A stretch of 64,000 bases of DNA. Origin: Octopus vulgaris. Lineage: Eukaryota. Every line of letters starts with the position of its first letter. The stretch's first letter is position 1. The stretch is from positions 210,738,001 to 210,802,000 of the forward strand of contig OX597815.1 in the NCBI GenBank assembly GCA_951406725.2. Reading direction: 5' to 3'. This document shows, one piece after another, positions 1 through 13,962 of this stretch. A model generated the notes under the pieces. It saw nothing but the letters and a program-made list of their open reading frames with translations. It was not told where the DNA came from and did not search any database. Made by a program: the position numbers and the translations under genes.

Positions 1-429
1 CGCAGAAAATTATCTGTCTCAGTTTGCCCATTGCATAACGCCAGTCATTTTTGTACAAATCTTCTCTGTTTTTCACAAAGATGGTTAATCAAATTGTCAT
101 TTTACTTTTATTTTGAAACAGTTTGCCTAAAATCTAAGTGTTTATTAAATGAGATTTGGTCGCTATATTCAAGCAGGTAGACAAACTAAACAGGCATTCG
201 CTCATTAGTTTAGACATTCAGTGAGAAGAGATTTGTATTGGAGATAAAAAGGATTATTTCAGCTGCCATTTTGAAAGATTGCATAAGTGGTTTGATTAGA
301 TATTGTGCATTGGCAGATGTAGATAACATTACCAGAAACATATGCAAAAAGATCAAATTGTTCCCGTTCCAGAGTAACAGCCAAGAAAAGAGAGAGTAGC
401 TTCAGAAATGTAGCAATTCTGTAAGTCGT

Positions 430-621
430 GGTTTCAAATTTTGGTAGTAACTTTGGGAGAGCTGGCTAAGTCGATTATATCAGCACTTATTCTATTGGTC
501 TCAAAAGGATGAAAAAAAAAAAAAAATCGATCTCGGCAGAAATTTAACTCAGAATGTAAAGACGGACAAAATACTGCTAAGTATTCTGCCCAGTGTGCTT
601 AAGATTCTGCCAGCTCGCCGC
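430..621 (-). mobile_element. tRNA-derived SINE family B (Nin/Deu-domain-like), degenerate
   Basis: Reverse complement starts GCGGCGAGCTGGCAGAATC, matching the copies at 2081, 15715, 59433 and 60261. Confidence 0.75.
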
Positions 622-778
622 TTTAGGAACTCCGAAGATAATCGCGATGAACCTAAGATGCAAATGAAAACTACTTTACACCATTTAAACAAATAAAGCT
701 TTTAAAGTCATTGTGGATATTTTTAAAACATTATATATTTGTATATATACGTATGTACGTATATATATATGTATATAT

Positions 779-841
779 GGATGGATGGACGGATGGACGG
801 ATGGACGGATGGACGGATGGACGGATGGACGGATGGATGGA
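779..841. repeat. (GGAT/GGAC)n microsatellite
   Basis: Direct reading. Confidence 0.95.
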
Positions 842-2080
842 CACTGATCAAGTTTAGGTGCTGATTCTATATATTCATGAATGAATACATACATATCTAC
901 ATACATTCATCAGATTCACAGGTCGGCGTCGTAAACCACACGGCGTCACCTGATGACAGACATGGAAACACTCTAAGCAATTCAAACTCACCTTTGTGTA
1001 ATACGCGTGCGTGTCTTTGTGTATAAAAAAAAATCTTCCATAATCGATGTATTTCAACAATAAATCCAGTAATGAATAGTAGCTCACAATAAATAGGGCT
1101 GAAATCTCTTAGGACAAAAAATGTGCAAGATCACCTGCAGAACTTGAATCACGTACCTGCTGTTAGGTTGCCGTGATGACGCCATTACACTAAAGTGGAA
1201 TTCCGACTTTCAGTTAGATGCTTTAATCGTGAATTAGATACGAGCGTGCATGTTTGTTTCCAATTTATGATTTTATTCAACATATCCCCCTCTCAGATTT
1301 ACACAATAATTGCAGCGGTCATTCAGTTTTTCAAAGCTTTGTAAAAGAACTTGATAAGCCCGGTAGTTTTCAGCATCTCTCGTACAAAATGTGTAACTTC
1401 CATTCCTCACAGAGAAATAATTTGTTTCACCTTTCGAAACTTCGGATTTGATTTTTGCGACGTATTTCAAAATTAGTTTCCTTGGATTCTACTCTTTTTT
1501 AAAGTAATTAAATCAGTTGCTATATTTACTATACACGTTAAAACGAACATTTGACATGGTAAGTAAATTTATAGTAGAAATGATACTAAAATCGACGCTC
1601 ATTCTACAAACAAGCAAAACGATACTCCTGGAGCGAGCAAATCGATGCACGATAACTGAATGAAACCTGACATCAATAGTTAAATAATTTAGAGTCTTGT
1701 AGAAATTAGTATTATATAAAAAAAACGAAGTCGGCTTTATTCCTGAGATCTTAGAGTACAATAAAACAGCATTGGCACACATTAATGTATTTGCTGAATT
1801 TGCTGCAACACCTTACAGCATTGACAGACATAAAAATGTATTGTCCAAAAGTAAACAGAAAAATTAATATGGACGCTGGAAATACCGTTAATACAAAACA
1901 GGAATGTTCAATGATAGGCAAAAGACATGAGAACTTTTATTTTAGGTATATAGTTTACACACCACTTCACATACACGCTTACTCAGCCCCTTGCATGTGT
2001 GTGAGTGTGTCTATCTATGTGCGTGTGTCTATGTCTGTGTATGTGTGTGCATGGACCATAAATATATGTCCAAAATACAA

Positions 2081-2665
2081 GGTGGCGAGCTGGCAGAATC
2101 GTTAGCACGCCGGGCGAAATGCTTAGCAGTATTTCGTCTGCCGTTAAGTTCTGAGTTCAAATTCCGCCGAGGCCGACTTTGCTTTTCATCCTTTCGGGGT
2201 CGATTAAATAAGTACCAGTTACGCACTGGGGTCGATGTAATCGACTTAATCCGTTTGTCTGTCCTTGTTTGTCCTCTCCGTGTTTAGCCCCTTGTGGGTA
2301 GTAAAGAAATAGGTATTTAGTCTGCAACTGCGTTCTGAGTTCAAATTCCGCCGAGGTTATCCTTGCCTTTCATCATTTCGGGGTCGATAAATTAAGTACC
2401 AGTGACGCACTGGGGTCGATCTAATCGACTTCATCCATTTGCATGTCCTTGTTTGTCTCTCCTGTGTGTAGCCCCTTGTGGGCAGTAAAAAAATAAGTAT
2501 TTCGTCTGCCGCTACGTTCTGAGTTGAAATTCCGCCTAGGCCGATGTTGCCTTTAATCCTTTCGTGGTCGATTAAATAAGTACCAGTTACGCACTGTAAT
2601 CGACTTAATCCCTTAGTCTGTCCTCGTTTGTCCGCTCTATCTTTAGCCCCTTGTGGGTAATAAAG
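2081..2665 (+). mobile_element. SINE family B with tandemly triplicated body
   Basis: Head GGTGGCGAGCTGGCAGAATCGTTAGCA; B-box-like GAGTTCAAATTCC; Nin/Deu-like TTTCATCCTTTCGGGGTCGATTAAATAAGTACC; body repeated from about 2313 and 2496. Confidence 0.9.
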
Positions 2666-3329
2666 AATTATATATGTGTCCAAAATATAATACGATTGTC
2701 ATAATTTCGTATGTAGCTCTGTGGCTACAACCGTCATAAATGCAGTGGTAGTCTATTGCAGTGAAACTGACTTCTATGGTCACCTTAACAAATGTTAAGT
2801 GGAATATTGACTGCGAGATTACATTAATGAAATGTCACTCCGCTTTCAGAAACGAAAGACCAGAGAAGAAAATGAAAAAATAAAAATGCATAAAATACGA
2901 AAGAAAATTTAAAATCTTAAACTGAGTCATTGCTGTCCCATTTTTATATATTACATGAAATGTTTTACTTCTTTACGAACATTGCATCATCGCCCCGTTC
3001 TTTCTCCTTCCCTCCTTCAATATATTCGAAATCTCTTCCTTCACAACACAAATGCCTTTATTCCAGATTATCCTCCCTCTATTTTAATCTTTTATATATA
3101 TTTTCTTCTTCTCATCTCCTTTATTCCTGTTATCATTCCGTGTTGTCTGTCTTTTGCGACGATTGATTGATTTGTTAGATTTTCTTTTACCTGTCATTTT
3201 ATTCTTGCTACTGTTGCAGTTTCAGTCATCCAGTTTTGGATTGTAGTCAGCAATCGATCTTCCCAACACAAATTTTTACTTCGGTTGTCGAACTTGGTAT
3301 TGTTGTTATTGATTTCCCTATTGATGTTT

Positions 3330-4020
<691 letters not shown>

Positions 4021-4454
4021 AAAGTACAGATTAAAAAAGCATGGGCGTACATTTCGGAATCTATTTATTGAAATGAATGTGTATATGAGCAAGTAATCAT
4101 TTTTGATTCTTTAAGTTATAGCTTTTCTTCTGCCATTTTGCCCTGTACTTCCCTTATATGACCACAGTTCTCTCTTTTCGTATTTTTATTCGGGATTATT
4201 GATATCGACCTACTCAAAAGCTTCATTGTAATCCTCATAGTCATAATAGATATTTCCATCATTATCACCTACTTCACCTCGTACTTAATAAGATATTCAT
4301 TGCTTCTACTGGAATCTCTGAAGCTTCATCGTGTATGAAATCACCATTACCATCACGACAACCACATCTGAGTTATAATCTATTTTTATAATGAACATAA
4401 ATTTGTACCATAAATTTTGTAATAGAAAAGAAATATATATACATGTAGATAAAT

Positions 4455-4455
4455 G

Positions 4456-4528
<73 letters not shown>

Positions 4529-4600
4529 GGATGAATGGATGGATGGATGGATGGATGGATAGAGAGATAGAGAGATAGCTAGATAGATAGATGGTAGATA
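4455..4600. repeat. (TAGA)n/(TGGA)n microsatellite
   Basis: Direct reading. Confidence 0.95.
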
Positions 4601-4654
4601 GAACTGCATATACTTAAGTTTATGTATAATATATATATATACATATATATATAT

Positions 4655-5900
4655 ATTTTTTTTTCTCCTTATGTTAATCTTGTTACTTCTGATAATCTGG
4701 TTACTTATGGAGTATTTTATATATCGTATTATGTGTAGAAATGTTGTTTTCCTTTTGAGTGTTTATGTATGTGTGAATGTGTGTGTGTGTGTGCATATTT
4801 GGTTGTGTAATTTATTTATCTGTATGGGTGTGGGTGTGAATATATTGTTGTATATATCGAATTTAGTACGTATGTATATGTATATGTGAGGGGGTATATG
4901 TATATGTTGTGGGTGTGTGTTTTACGTATGTGTATTTTTGTGTGTGAATGTATTATGGGGATTGCTATATAGGTATTATTGTGTATGGTAAAGGAGTTTT
5001 ATCATTATATGTATATATGGGTTTCATTATCATGATTGGTTTATTAATGATTTTGGAGTAAATTCTGTATATTTACGTTGATTAAATATTATTCCATTCT
5101 ATTCCATTCATAATTTTTAAAAAAACCTTCGATCACCACGCGCAAAGAATTGTTTATTTTTCTTTTGAGTGTTTATGTATGTGTGAATGTGTGTGTGTGT
5201 GTGATTGTTTGCGTAATTTATTTATCTATATGGGTGTGGGTGTGAATATATTGGTGTATATATCGAGTTCTGTATGTATGTATATGTATGTGTGAGCGGG
5301 TATATGTATATTGTTTATGAATGTGGGTTGTATGTGTGTGTGGGGAGTATGAATAAGTAATGTGTTGAAGTATTTGTCTATTTTATTAATTTATCGTTGC
5401 CTAGACGTTTTTATGTGTATGTATAGATATATATATATATATAGGTGTGTGAGTTAGTGTATGTATTTAGATATGGTTATATATACTTAGTTATATGTGT
5501 ATGAGCATGTGTGAATATATAGTTTATTTTTATTTTGTCTTTTTTTTGTCTTTTTTTTTTTTTTTTTGTACTTCTTTAAATATGAGAACTTTAATAATAG
5601 GTTTCTTATATTCAATTGTTTATAGGGTTTATTTTAGATTATATATTGATTATATATAGATAATATGTAGATTATATATAGATTATATATATATATATAT
5701 TTTTTCATTGATAATTTTATTATTTTAAATTTATATTTTAAAATATTGATATTTTAGATCGGAAATCCACCTGACGAATGTCATTTGAAGACATGAAACA
5801 ATTGTAGTGGCGGTTTATTTACTTTATATTAAAATTTTTATGTATTGATTAAGTCTTTCCTTGTTTGTTTTGCAAAATAGTGGTTTTGTCTCGAATTAAT
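4655..5900 (+). mobile_element. Penelope-like element terminal (pLTR-type) fragment
   Basis: T/G-rich element between (TA)n tracts; internal direct repeat (about 4752-4900 vs 5161-5310); ends with a hammerhead motif. Confidence 0.55.
5767..5810 (+). ncRNA. Minimal type I hammerhead ribozyme, intact core
   Basis: CCAC-CTGACGA-ATGTC-atttgaa-GACAT-GAAA-C-aatt-G-TA-GTGG: stem I 4 bp, stem II 5 bp, palindromic stem/loop III. Confidence 0.88.
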
Positions 5901-5931
5901 ATCATATATATATATATATACATATATACAA

Positions 5932-7797
5932 TTGCAGCGTGGAAGGTGTTTGTAAGCCATTTAAGAAACACACAAAAGCCGTTCGATTCACTTCAACATT
6001 TAAGTTTAATTTGTCAAAATATTTTCGTCGCTTTAAGACCGCGACCTGTTCAACGTTGGTAGACTCAACAGGCGTATCGATTGAGGACCCTTATCAACAG
6101 AGTCAATTATTTGCCGAGGCTTTTTCAACTATTTTCAAACAAGATGATGGTCGTGAACCCCATTTGATAGATCGGTACCGCCAATGCTTCGTTTGGTCAT
6201 CACGCGGTACGAAGTCAAACGTGTTATTCAAGGCCTCGATGTCAACAAGGGTCACGGCCCTGACAGCATACACCCACGGGTTATCAAAGCGTTGGCTCCG
6301 GTCATCTGCGAGCCCTTAACACGACTATTCAATATGTCATTGGCGACGGGTGTTATACCTGCAGACTGGAGAACAGCGATAATCTGCCCAATTTTCAAGA
6401 AAGGGAGCCGCGAAGACCCGCTTAACTACCGACCGGTTTCCCTTACATCAATAATCAGCAAGATGTTCGAAACCATCCTTAAGAAAAGTATGATGCTCCA
6501 CCTCCTAAACACAGCCTCTATCCCTGATTCCCAACACGGCTTCGTGCCGAGGAGATCATGCTTGACCAACTTACTAGTAATGGAAGAATTGGTGACGCGC
6601 ATCCTCGATGATAGTGATGCTGTTGACATCGTTTTATTGGACTTTGCCAAAGCTTTTGACTCGGTAAACCACCGCCTATTACTTGTCAAGCTTCAAGCAT
6701 ATAGTTTCCGTCCGGATATTATACGATGGGTTGGTGCCTTCCTCTCAGATCGCTCCTTCCAAGTCCAAGTTAATGGTTCGCGGTCCGACGTCTCCAGTGC
6801 GAGCAGTGGCGTGCCTCAAGGTTCAGTGCTTGGGCCCTTGTTGTTCTTAGTCTTCATAAATGACTTGCCCGACGACCTCACGCAACACACCCTTCTATTT
6901 GCCGACGATATCAAACTGGTCGCTCCTCGCGGTAATATAGAGGATCTTCGTCGATGCCTCCACCAAATTTGGAAGTGGTCTAACGATTAGGACCTGCGTC
7001 TGAACATGTCAAAGTGCTGTCATCTCCCTGTCGGATCTACTCCTGCAACTCAACTTGATTTCGAGCCGGGTCGTCTGCTGCTGGAGAGGACCGATCAAGT
7101 AAAGGACCTGGGTATCTTGGTGGATTCCTCCTTTTCGCCTTCGGCCCAGTGCGTCCATGCTGCCAACAAAGCACGCGGAATTCTGTTCTTGATTCGACGG
7201 TCATTCGGAATGCTCACAGCAGCCATATTCCTACCACTCTATGTCACGCTGGTGAGACCCATATTGGAGTATGGGATTCAAGCCTCTTCTCCTTATCTCC
7301 TCAAAGACATACAGCATCTCGAAAGAGTCCAGAAGCTGGCTACCCGCATGGTTCATGGTCTCAAAAATTTGTCCTACGAAGAGAGGCTGAGGACGCTCGA
7401 CCTTTATTCTCTTGAAAAACGCCGCCGCCGTGGTGATCTCATTCTCGCCCACAACATCATAAGCGGAAAGTGTAACCTCTCGAAAGAGCTGTTCTTCACT
7501 CCTGCTCCAGAGCGTCGGCTGCGGGGTCATTCCGAAAAGCTCTACCTGCGACGATTTCATCTCAATCGAAGGAGAGGAGCTTTCTCCGTCCGGGTTGCGG
7601 ATCCGTGGAACAAGCTGCCAGACGAGATGGTGAAGATGCCGACGACCGCTTTGTTCAAAGCCTCCCTGGACCTCAAGTAGCCTGAACTCTTTACATGAAC
7701 ACCACCCTGTACTTAACTCCATGTCCCCCTACATGGCCTTGTTATTGCTTTTGAGCCAAATTAACTAACTAACTAACTAACAAAAATCCGTGCTGCA
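5932..7797. mobile_element. Short element with imperfect terminal inverted repeats, split by the LINE at 6053-7780
   Basis: Left end TGCAGCGTGGAA (5933) vs reverse complement of right end TGCAGCACGGAT (7786-7797); flanked by TA tracts. Confidence 0.6.
6053..7780 (+). mobile_element. 5'-truncated CR1/L2-type LINE; RT frame broken by two TAG stops and a small deletion
   Basis: ORFs 6184-6990 and 7006-7680 with NYRPVSL, QHGF, DFAKAFD, GVPQGSVLGP, FADD, FSVRV..WNKLP; (CTAA)n tail. Confidence 0.95.
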
Positions 7798-7804
7798 TAT
7801 ATAT

Positions 7805-8671
7805 AAGATAAAACTTACTTGCAAATAGATGCGTGGCGTTCAATGTTTAATCATATAATAATATAAATAACATATAAATATACATGTATACATACACATA
7901 TATATGAACATACATAATTTTGTGTATACATGCATATATAGGCACATATATAGGAACGTAAACAATATGAAGTAAATATAAAATACGAAAACAGTATGAA
8001 ATACGAAATACGAAACATGGAATACAAATTTTTTTTGTGAACAACGAAAGAAACAAAAGGAAAACAAGACAAGCAACACGAAAAAATGACCCTTCATCAG
8101 TTGTTGGCTGTTTTTGTACTTCGTATTTTGAGCATTTCACAAGATACGTTTTCGACATAACAGTTGCAATGCAAATTAAATACAATTCTGGATTTTGCAG
8201 AATGTATTTAATTACCAAAGCTGGTAATAAAAACAAGACAGTGAAAACAGACAGGAAGGGCTGATAAGCCTAGACGAGTTGAGTTGGTGAAAGCTGAGAA
8301 ACAAGACAGGAGACAGACAAGTATGCGTCCAATCCCTGTGACTGATCAGAGGGAAAGAAGGAAATTCATGTTAGAAGAAAGATGGCCGACGCTCACGTCC
8401 GAGCCGCGAGAGAGCAAAGGCGGAAGAGTGAGTGAGAGAGAGGGACAGACAGAGAACAGCGAAGGGGAGGAGAAAAGAAGGATGAGATAGGAAAACGAAA
8501 GGAGAGAAGAGGAGATAAAGAGAATAGAAAGAAGAAGAGAATAGAGGGGAGGAAACAACAGAAAAAGATAGGAATAGAGGAAATGAAAGAGGGGAAGAAA
8601 AGGAACAGAAAGAGTGTCGCATCGATATTATTAAGATAAAACTTACTTGGAAATAGATTCGTGGCGTTCAA
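7805..8671 (-). mobile_element. Repeat element bounded by about 39-bp direct repeats (PLE-like)
   Basis: AAGATAAAACTTACTTGcAAATAGATgCGTGGCGTTCAA at about 7805 and near-identical copy at about 8633; internal hairpin at about 8174-8213; TA flanks. Confidence 0.5.
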
Positions 8672-10631
8672 CATATATATATATATACGTATTAATTTTG
8701 TTTGGTATATATAAATATAAATATATAGGGAAAAAGACACACACATACAGGGATAGGAAGAGAAAGAAATGCATGTGTTAGTATGTGTGGAGCATGCATG
8801 TGGTTATATAAATTTATATACGTATGTACGTATATATAAACAGAAGAAATCGAAGATGTGAATACGTAAAAAAAAATACTGGAAGAAAACTAAATTATGA
8901 AATAAAAGGAAGCAAAGTTTCCAGACTAAATCTTACAAATGTATTGTAACTATTCGTTGAAAAAGATTTTGAATATCAAAAGAGACAAAGTTTTATTTTC
9001 TTAATCAGTTTTATATTTGTTTAGAAGAACAGGAAGAAAGTTTTTTCCTGAACATTTCACAATGACCAAATAATGTACTTGTATTTATTCCTGAAATATT
9101 GCTTACTAGATTGTTCAATAGATTTCTAATATTACTTTGTTAGACTTTGCAAATGCACTCAGTATCAGAAATATTGCTTGTATAGTTCTAATAGTGAATG
9201 CATTCATAAAATATTTTTTTTTGTTTAACTCATCTGTCTGCATGCTTCTGTAGGTATATATGAATTAGCAATCCACTGATGATAATGCAGAAATATCACG
9301 TAATGTGTCACGTGATATGACACATGATGTGTTTCAATATGTGTTAGACTTTATAAAGCTATGTCTTGGTGTGTATTGTCTATGTATATTTTTAATTATC
9401 TACATTCTTATGAAGATCGACTTATTTCCAGATCAAAGCAAAGCATACCTAAGCAATCTTCAGTATTGGTAAAGTACATCTTTCCTATCTGATGCTTTTA
9501 AAGGCATTTTGTTTCACTGGGATAGCTGAAGATAAATTGCTTCTCTAATAAGTTATATCTAATGTATGTCTTCGAAATTTTGATATATGCCATTGCTATG
9601 GGATTAGATACATGAGGTACCTCAACAGCTTCGATTATATACGTTGTAATTGCTTCTGACATCTATAAAATAAAGTGTCATTTATTTCAAGAATACCAAA
9701 TGATATTGCACTGCATTTTCAAGCGTTAAGGTCTCCCTTTCCCGTCAAAATAACATTTGACAAACAACTTCGAAAATCAGCTTCTGCCTACAGAATAATG
9801 GTTGCTTTCTCTTGATCTGTATTATGTATCTATGTATAAAGAAAAGCAATTCAAGGCGACACAGAATTAAGGCAACAAAATACTAAATATGTTTCGTTTG
9901 CAGAGAATACGTATTGTACATAGAGAAATTCTGTAGAGGTAAATGTAATAACTATTTGAGCAGGATATGATCATTTAGGTCCTCTTTACCGTAATTTCAG
10001 GCGTACAAATTGAAGTTTTCTTACCAAAATTTACAGCAATAATGGTAGGTTAATTTATACACCAAGATCGCTTTGGACGACCATATATTACATACGAAAT
10101 TCAGAAAGGTGCAGAAGGATTCGAAAAGACGGCGACAATGTTAGAATGTTAATACTACCAACGTACTCTACATGCTACCACGAATTGTATGCCGTAAAAT
10201 AACTTTGATAAACATTGCAATAAGTGTAGCAATCAATTAAATTTCATTGAAGCAAATTTACTATGATCTCTTTTAATCACATAGATTACGCAGCTCACTT
10301 CTTAAAAGACAACAGACATACCTTAATACATTTCATATGATTACATTTATGTAAACATAATATTTATTAACGCGGTCATTTCAAAACAGTTACATCCCTT
10401 TGGATGAATTACGGTCCAAATGTTTTCGATGGCGAAGAAAGAACTTTGACAAACGAAGAAAAAAACATTGACTTTTTAAACAAGTTAAACAAATGATTTG
10501 TCTGATAATTGGATAGATATTTAATCATTTGACAAATAATAAAGGACTAGAATTTAACCGGCTAGCGTGTTATCAATATTGGCGTAATGACTCAAACGAA
10601 ACACAAAAGTGTTACTGTTTACTGTTTTATT

Positions 10632-10828
10632 TCTTTCAGTCATTTGACTGTGGCCATGCTAAAGCACAGTCTTTAGTCAAGCAAATTGACCCCAGGACTT
10701 ACTCTTTAGAAGCCTAGAACTTATTCTATCGGTCTTTTTGGCCGAACCGCTAAGTTACTGGGACCTAAACACACCAGCATCGGTTGTCAAGCGATGTTGA
10801 GGGGACAAACGTAGATACACAAACATAT

Positions 10829-10882
<54 letters not shown>

Positions 10883-10999
10883 ATATGTTTGTGTGTCTAT
10901 GTTTGTCCCCCAACATCTGGGGCCGATCTACTCGACTTAATCCATTTGTCTGTTCTTGTTTGTCTCCTCTGTGTTTAGCCCCTTATGGGTAGTAAAGAA

Positions 11000-11051
<52 letters not shown>

Positions 11052-11202
11052 GTTGGGCTTCTTTCAGTTTCCGTCTACCACAAGGCTTTGGTCGGCCCGA
11101 GGCTATAGTAGAAGACACTTGCCCAAGGTGCCACGCAGTGGGAATGAACTTGGAACCATGTAGTTGGTAAGCAAGCTGCTTACCACACAGCCACTCCTGC
11201 GC
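10632..11202 (-). mobile_element. tRNA-derived CORE-type SINE family A, containing a family B tail at about 10918-11000
   Basis: Reverse complement of GGCGCAGGAGTGGCTGTGTGGTAAG...CCTTGGGCAAGTGTCTT...GCGGTTCGGCAAAA. Confidence 0.9.
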
Positions 11203-11484
11203 CTAATCACGGCTTTATTTTCATGTTTTTTATGTATTTGTTTACATTTAATAATCATTATTGTCTTTTTCGCGGTTCTTTTGTTCGGGGTTTACGCTTG
11301 TTTTATTATTACTTTTGCCTTGTTTGTTGTTTCTGTATTTTCGACTTCTCGTTAATCTGTTAGTTTCTTACAATTGTCATTCTTTATTCATCATTTATTA
11401 ATCTGTCATTGTCTATAAGTTGTTCGAACATGATTCTTTGGTGTATATAAGGACAATATTTACAATTTGTTTACAGTATGATAA

Positions 11485-11536
11485 TTGCATCTGATGACTA
11501 TGATCAGTGAAAGATCATTGAAACACCTGTAACGAA
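11485..11536 (+). ncRNA. Degenerate hammerhead ribozyme in a PLE-like fragment (about 11210-11610)
   Basis: CTGATGA-ct-ATGATC-agtgaaa-GATCAT-t-GAAA-C-acct-G-TA; stem I eroded. Confidence 0.6.
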
Positions 11537-11605
11537 AGCTTCAGAATTTCAATCACTTGTTTTCTGGGTTAATATAAACGATACACATGCACCCCACCAC
11601 ACGCA

Positions 11606-11706
<101 letters not shown>

Positions 11707-11823
11707 TAAATAGATAGATATAGATATAGAGATAGAAAGATATATAAATATACATATATATATACATATATATATTGATAGATAGATAGATAGATATAGA
11801 GATAGATAGATATATGCATATAC

Positions 11824-11876
<53 letters not shown>

Positions 11877-12908
11877 TACATATATATATATATTTGTGTG
11901 TGTATATATAAACAAACAGACGCACGCATACACACAAACACACAGACATGCACACACAGACATATATATATATGAATGCATAAATTACATGTGAATATTT
12001 TAACAACTGCACCATATAAAAATGAATATATGCATTCTGTATGTGTATATAACATGAATGTTAACCCTATAACCACAAATATGTATGTATTTGCTCATAT
12101 ACTCATAATAAACAGCTTAATATTTCTATGGTCTTTCTGTGTTTATAGAAATTCATTGAGATTCCGTGTTTGTTAACATTCTCAAAACTCTTGTATATGT
12201 ACGAGTATATTTGATTTCACAGTTTCCTTGTGTTTACATGGGAAATGCTGAATAATTTATTGATAAAAAGTACCAACTCTACTTTAGAAATATTCAAGCA
12301 CAATACTGTCTGATAATTTTCTAAATAACTATCATGTGTATTAGAAATCTATTAATATAGAAAAAAATTGTTTCAGATATGTTTATTTTATTTTATTATA
12401 CTTAAATATATTCTATGCATGTCTCAGCTAAGGTAAACAGGTCTATTGCAGATGTAATTATTAATACACTGTTATACATGATATACCTACCTACCTACCA
12501 ACCCATATATATATATATATATATATAATCTATACATATATATAAACATATATGTATGCACAACTGCATGGAAGCATGTGTATGTTAATATGTGTGTGTG
12601 TGTGCATAAATTGATTCATGTACATAAATATGCATATTTAACTAACAATATGTGTGTGTATGCGTGAATGTATATATGTGTATATACATCGATTCACACA
12701 TGATTTGCGTTTGTGTTAACTTCTGTTTTAACGATAATCATGCTATCGAATTTAAGTTCCCGACAGAATCCTGCTACGTAGTATAGTTCAATGAATTCAT
12801 AATTTGAGTGAAACAGAATTCATGCAATGACGCATAATCACTTTCATAGGATCATGGACTGATCGTGTTCAAAATGTAGTATTTTCTCTTTACATGATCT
12901 AATGTAGA

Positions 12909-13037
12909 CAGTGTTCACATTTATGGGAAACGGGTCGCGTGAAACACGCATATCATCATGTGGGCCGCAAGCGAAACAATTTCAAGAAGCATATGCTGCT
13001 GCAGAAAGCCCCGCAAGCTACAGTTTGCCCAAGACTG
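12909..13037. mobile_element. Possible hAT-type MITE remnant
   Basis: GGGCCGCA and GCCCCGC subterminal motifs; end GTTTGCCCAAGACTG resembles hAT/Charlie MITE termini. Confidence 0.35.
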
Positions 13038-13926
13038 ATCTGATATATAATTCTTTATAGGAAGGCAGTGTATGATTTGGGAAGGATTTTGGTTCTTATT
13101 TCTTGCTGCTTCAGCATCTTCATACATGTTTCTTTATGGCAACTGTTGTGTTTTATCTCTATACCAGAGGGAGCCGACGTATGGAAAACAGCCTGTCCAT
13201 GAGCTGTGATGGAGTTCTTTAGTTTAGGCGCAAGTCAAACCCCATCGAGCAGACCTATGACGAAGCGTATTGTAGCTGTTATTCCTACGCGAAAAGAAGC
13301 TAACAACTCTTTGTATATCTAAAGAAATCCTTTGAACGGCAATAGGGTTAGATTTGCTTGATATTTCTTAGAGACCGAACGACTACTTAGAGGCTCCCAC
13401 AATGCGGAATATGGTGTAGAGGAGTTGGTTTAGTTCTGCGAGGTGTTAATATGGAATATGGTGTTCATAGATAAGTGTTAGAAATACAACGATGACCGGT
13501 GTTAAAAACCCTACTCCAGTATCGTATGTAATTATTGTGATGGTGCTTATTAATTGTGGAGTGAAGTGTAACAGTGCACTGTAGGAGAATTCAGTAGTTT
13601 TTGACATTAACCAGACATATGTAGTGTATCTTTTTTTCCTTGCCATTTTACTTCAAATCAAGGCAGGATTTACTCAATAGCTCACATTTTTAGATGCTGC
13701 TGTTCACTCTAGGTTATGTTTGGTCGTACAGACACATAATCAAAAGCGTTTCGGTGGTAACCAGCTGTAACCGTTTTAATGAGAAGCTGCGTATGGAACT
13801 ACGTTGTCCAATATGGCGTTCATTCATTTAAAGCTATATAGTTCGGCTTGAAGTATATTTGTTTGGCTTTCCTAGAATTTCAGGCGGCAAAGCAACCACT
13901 TCCTCGTTTGGAAATGGTAGTGGAAA

Positions 13927-13962
<36 letters not shown>

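Noticed and set aside
945-980. CTGATGA-cagacatg-GAAA hammerhead-like string
   Set aside because: Only a 2-bp stem II; stems I and III do not pair
7231-7722. Antisense ORFs over the LINEs (also 22511-23002 and 57562-58083)
   Set aside because: Shadow frames of the RT coding sequence
9621-9662. 42-nt candidate exon MSEAITTYIIEAVE on the minus strand
   Set aside because: Weak donor (GTACCT); neighbouring candidate exons contain stops; no recognisable protein
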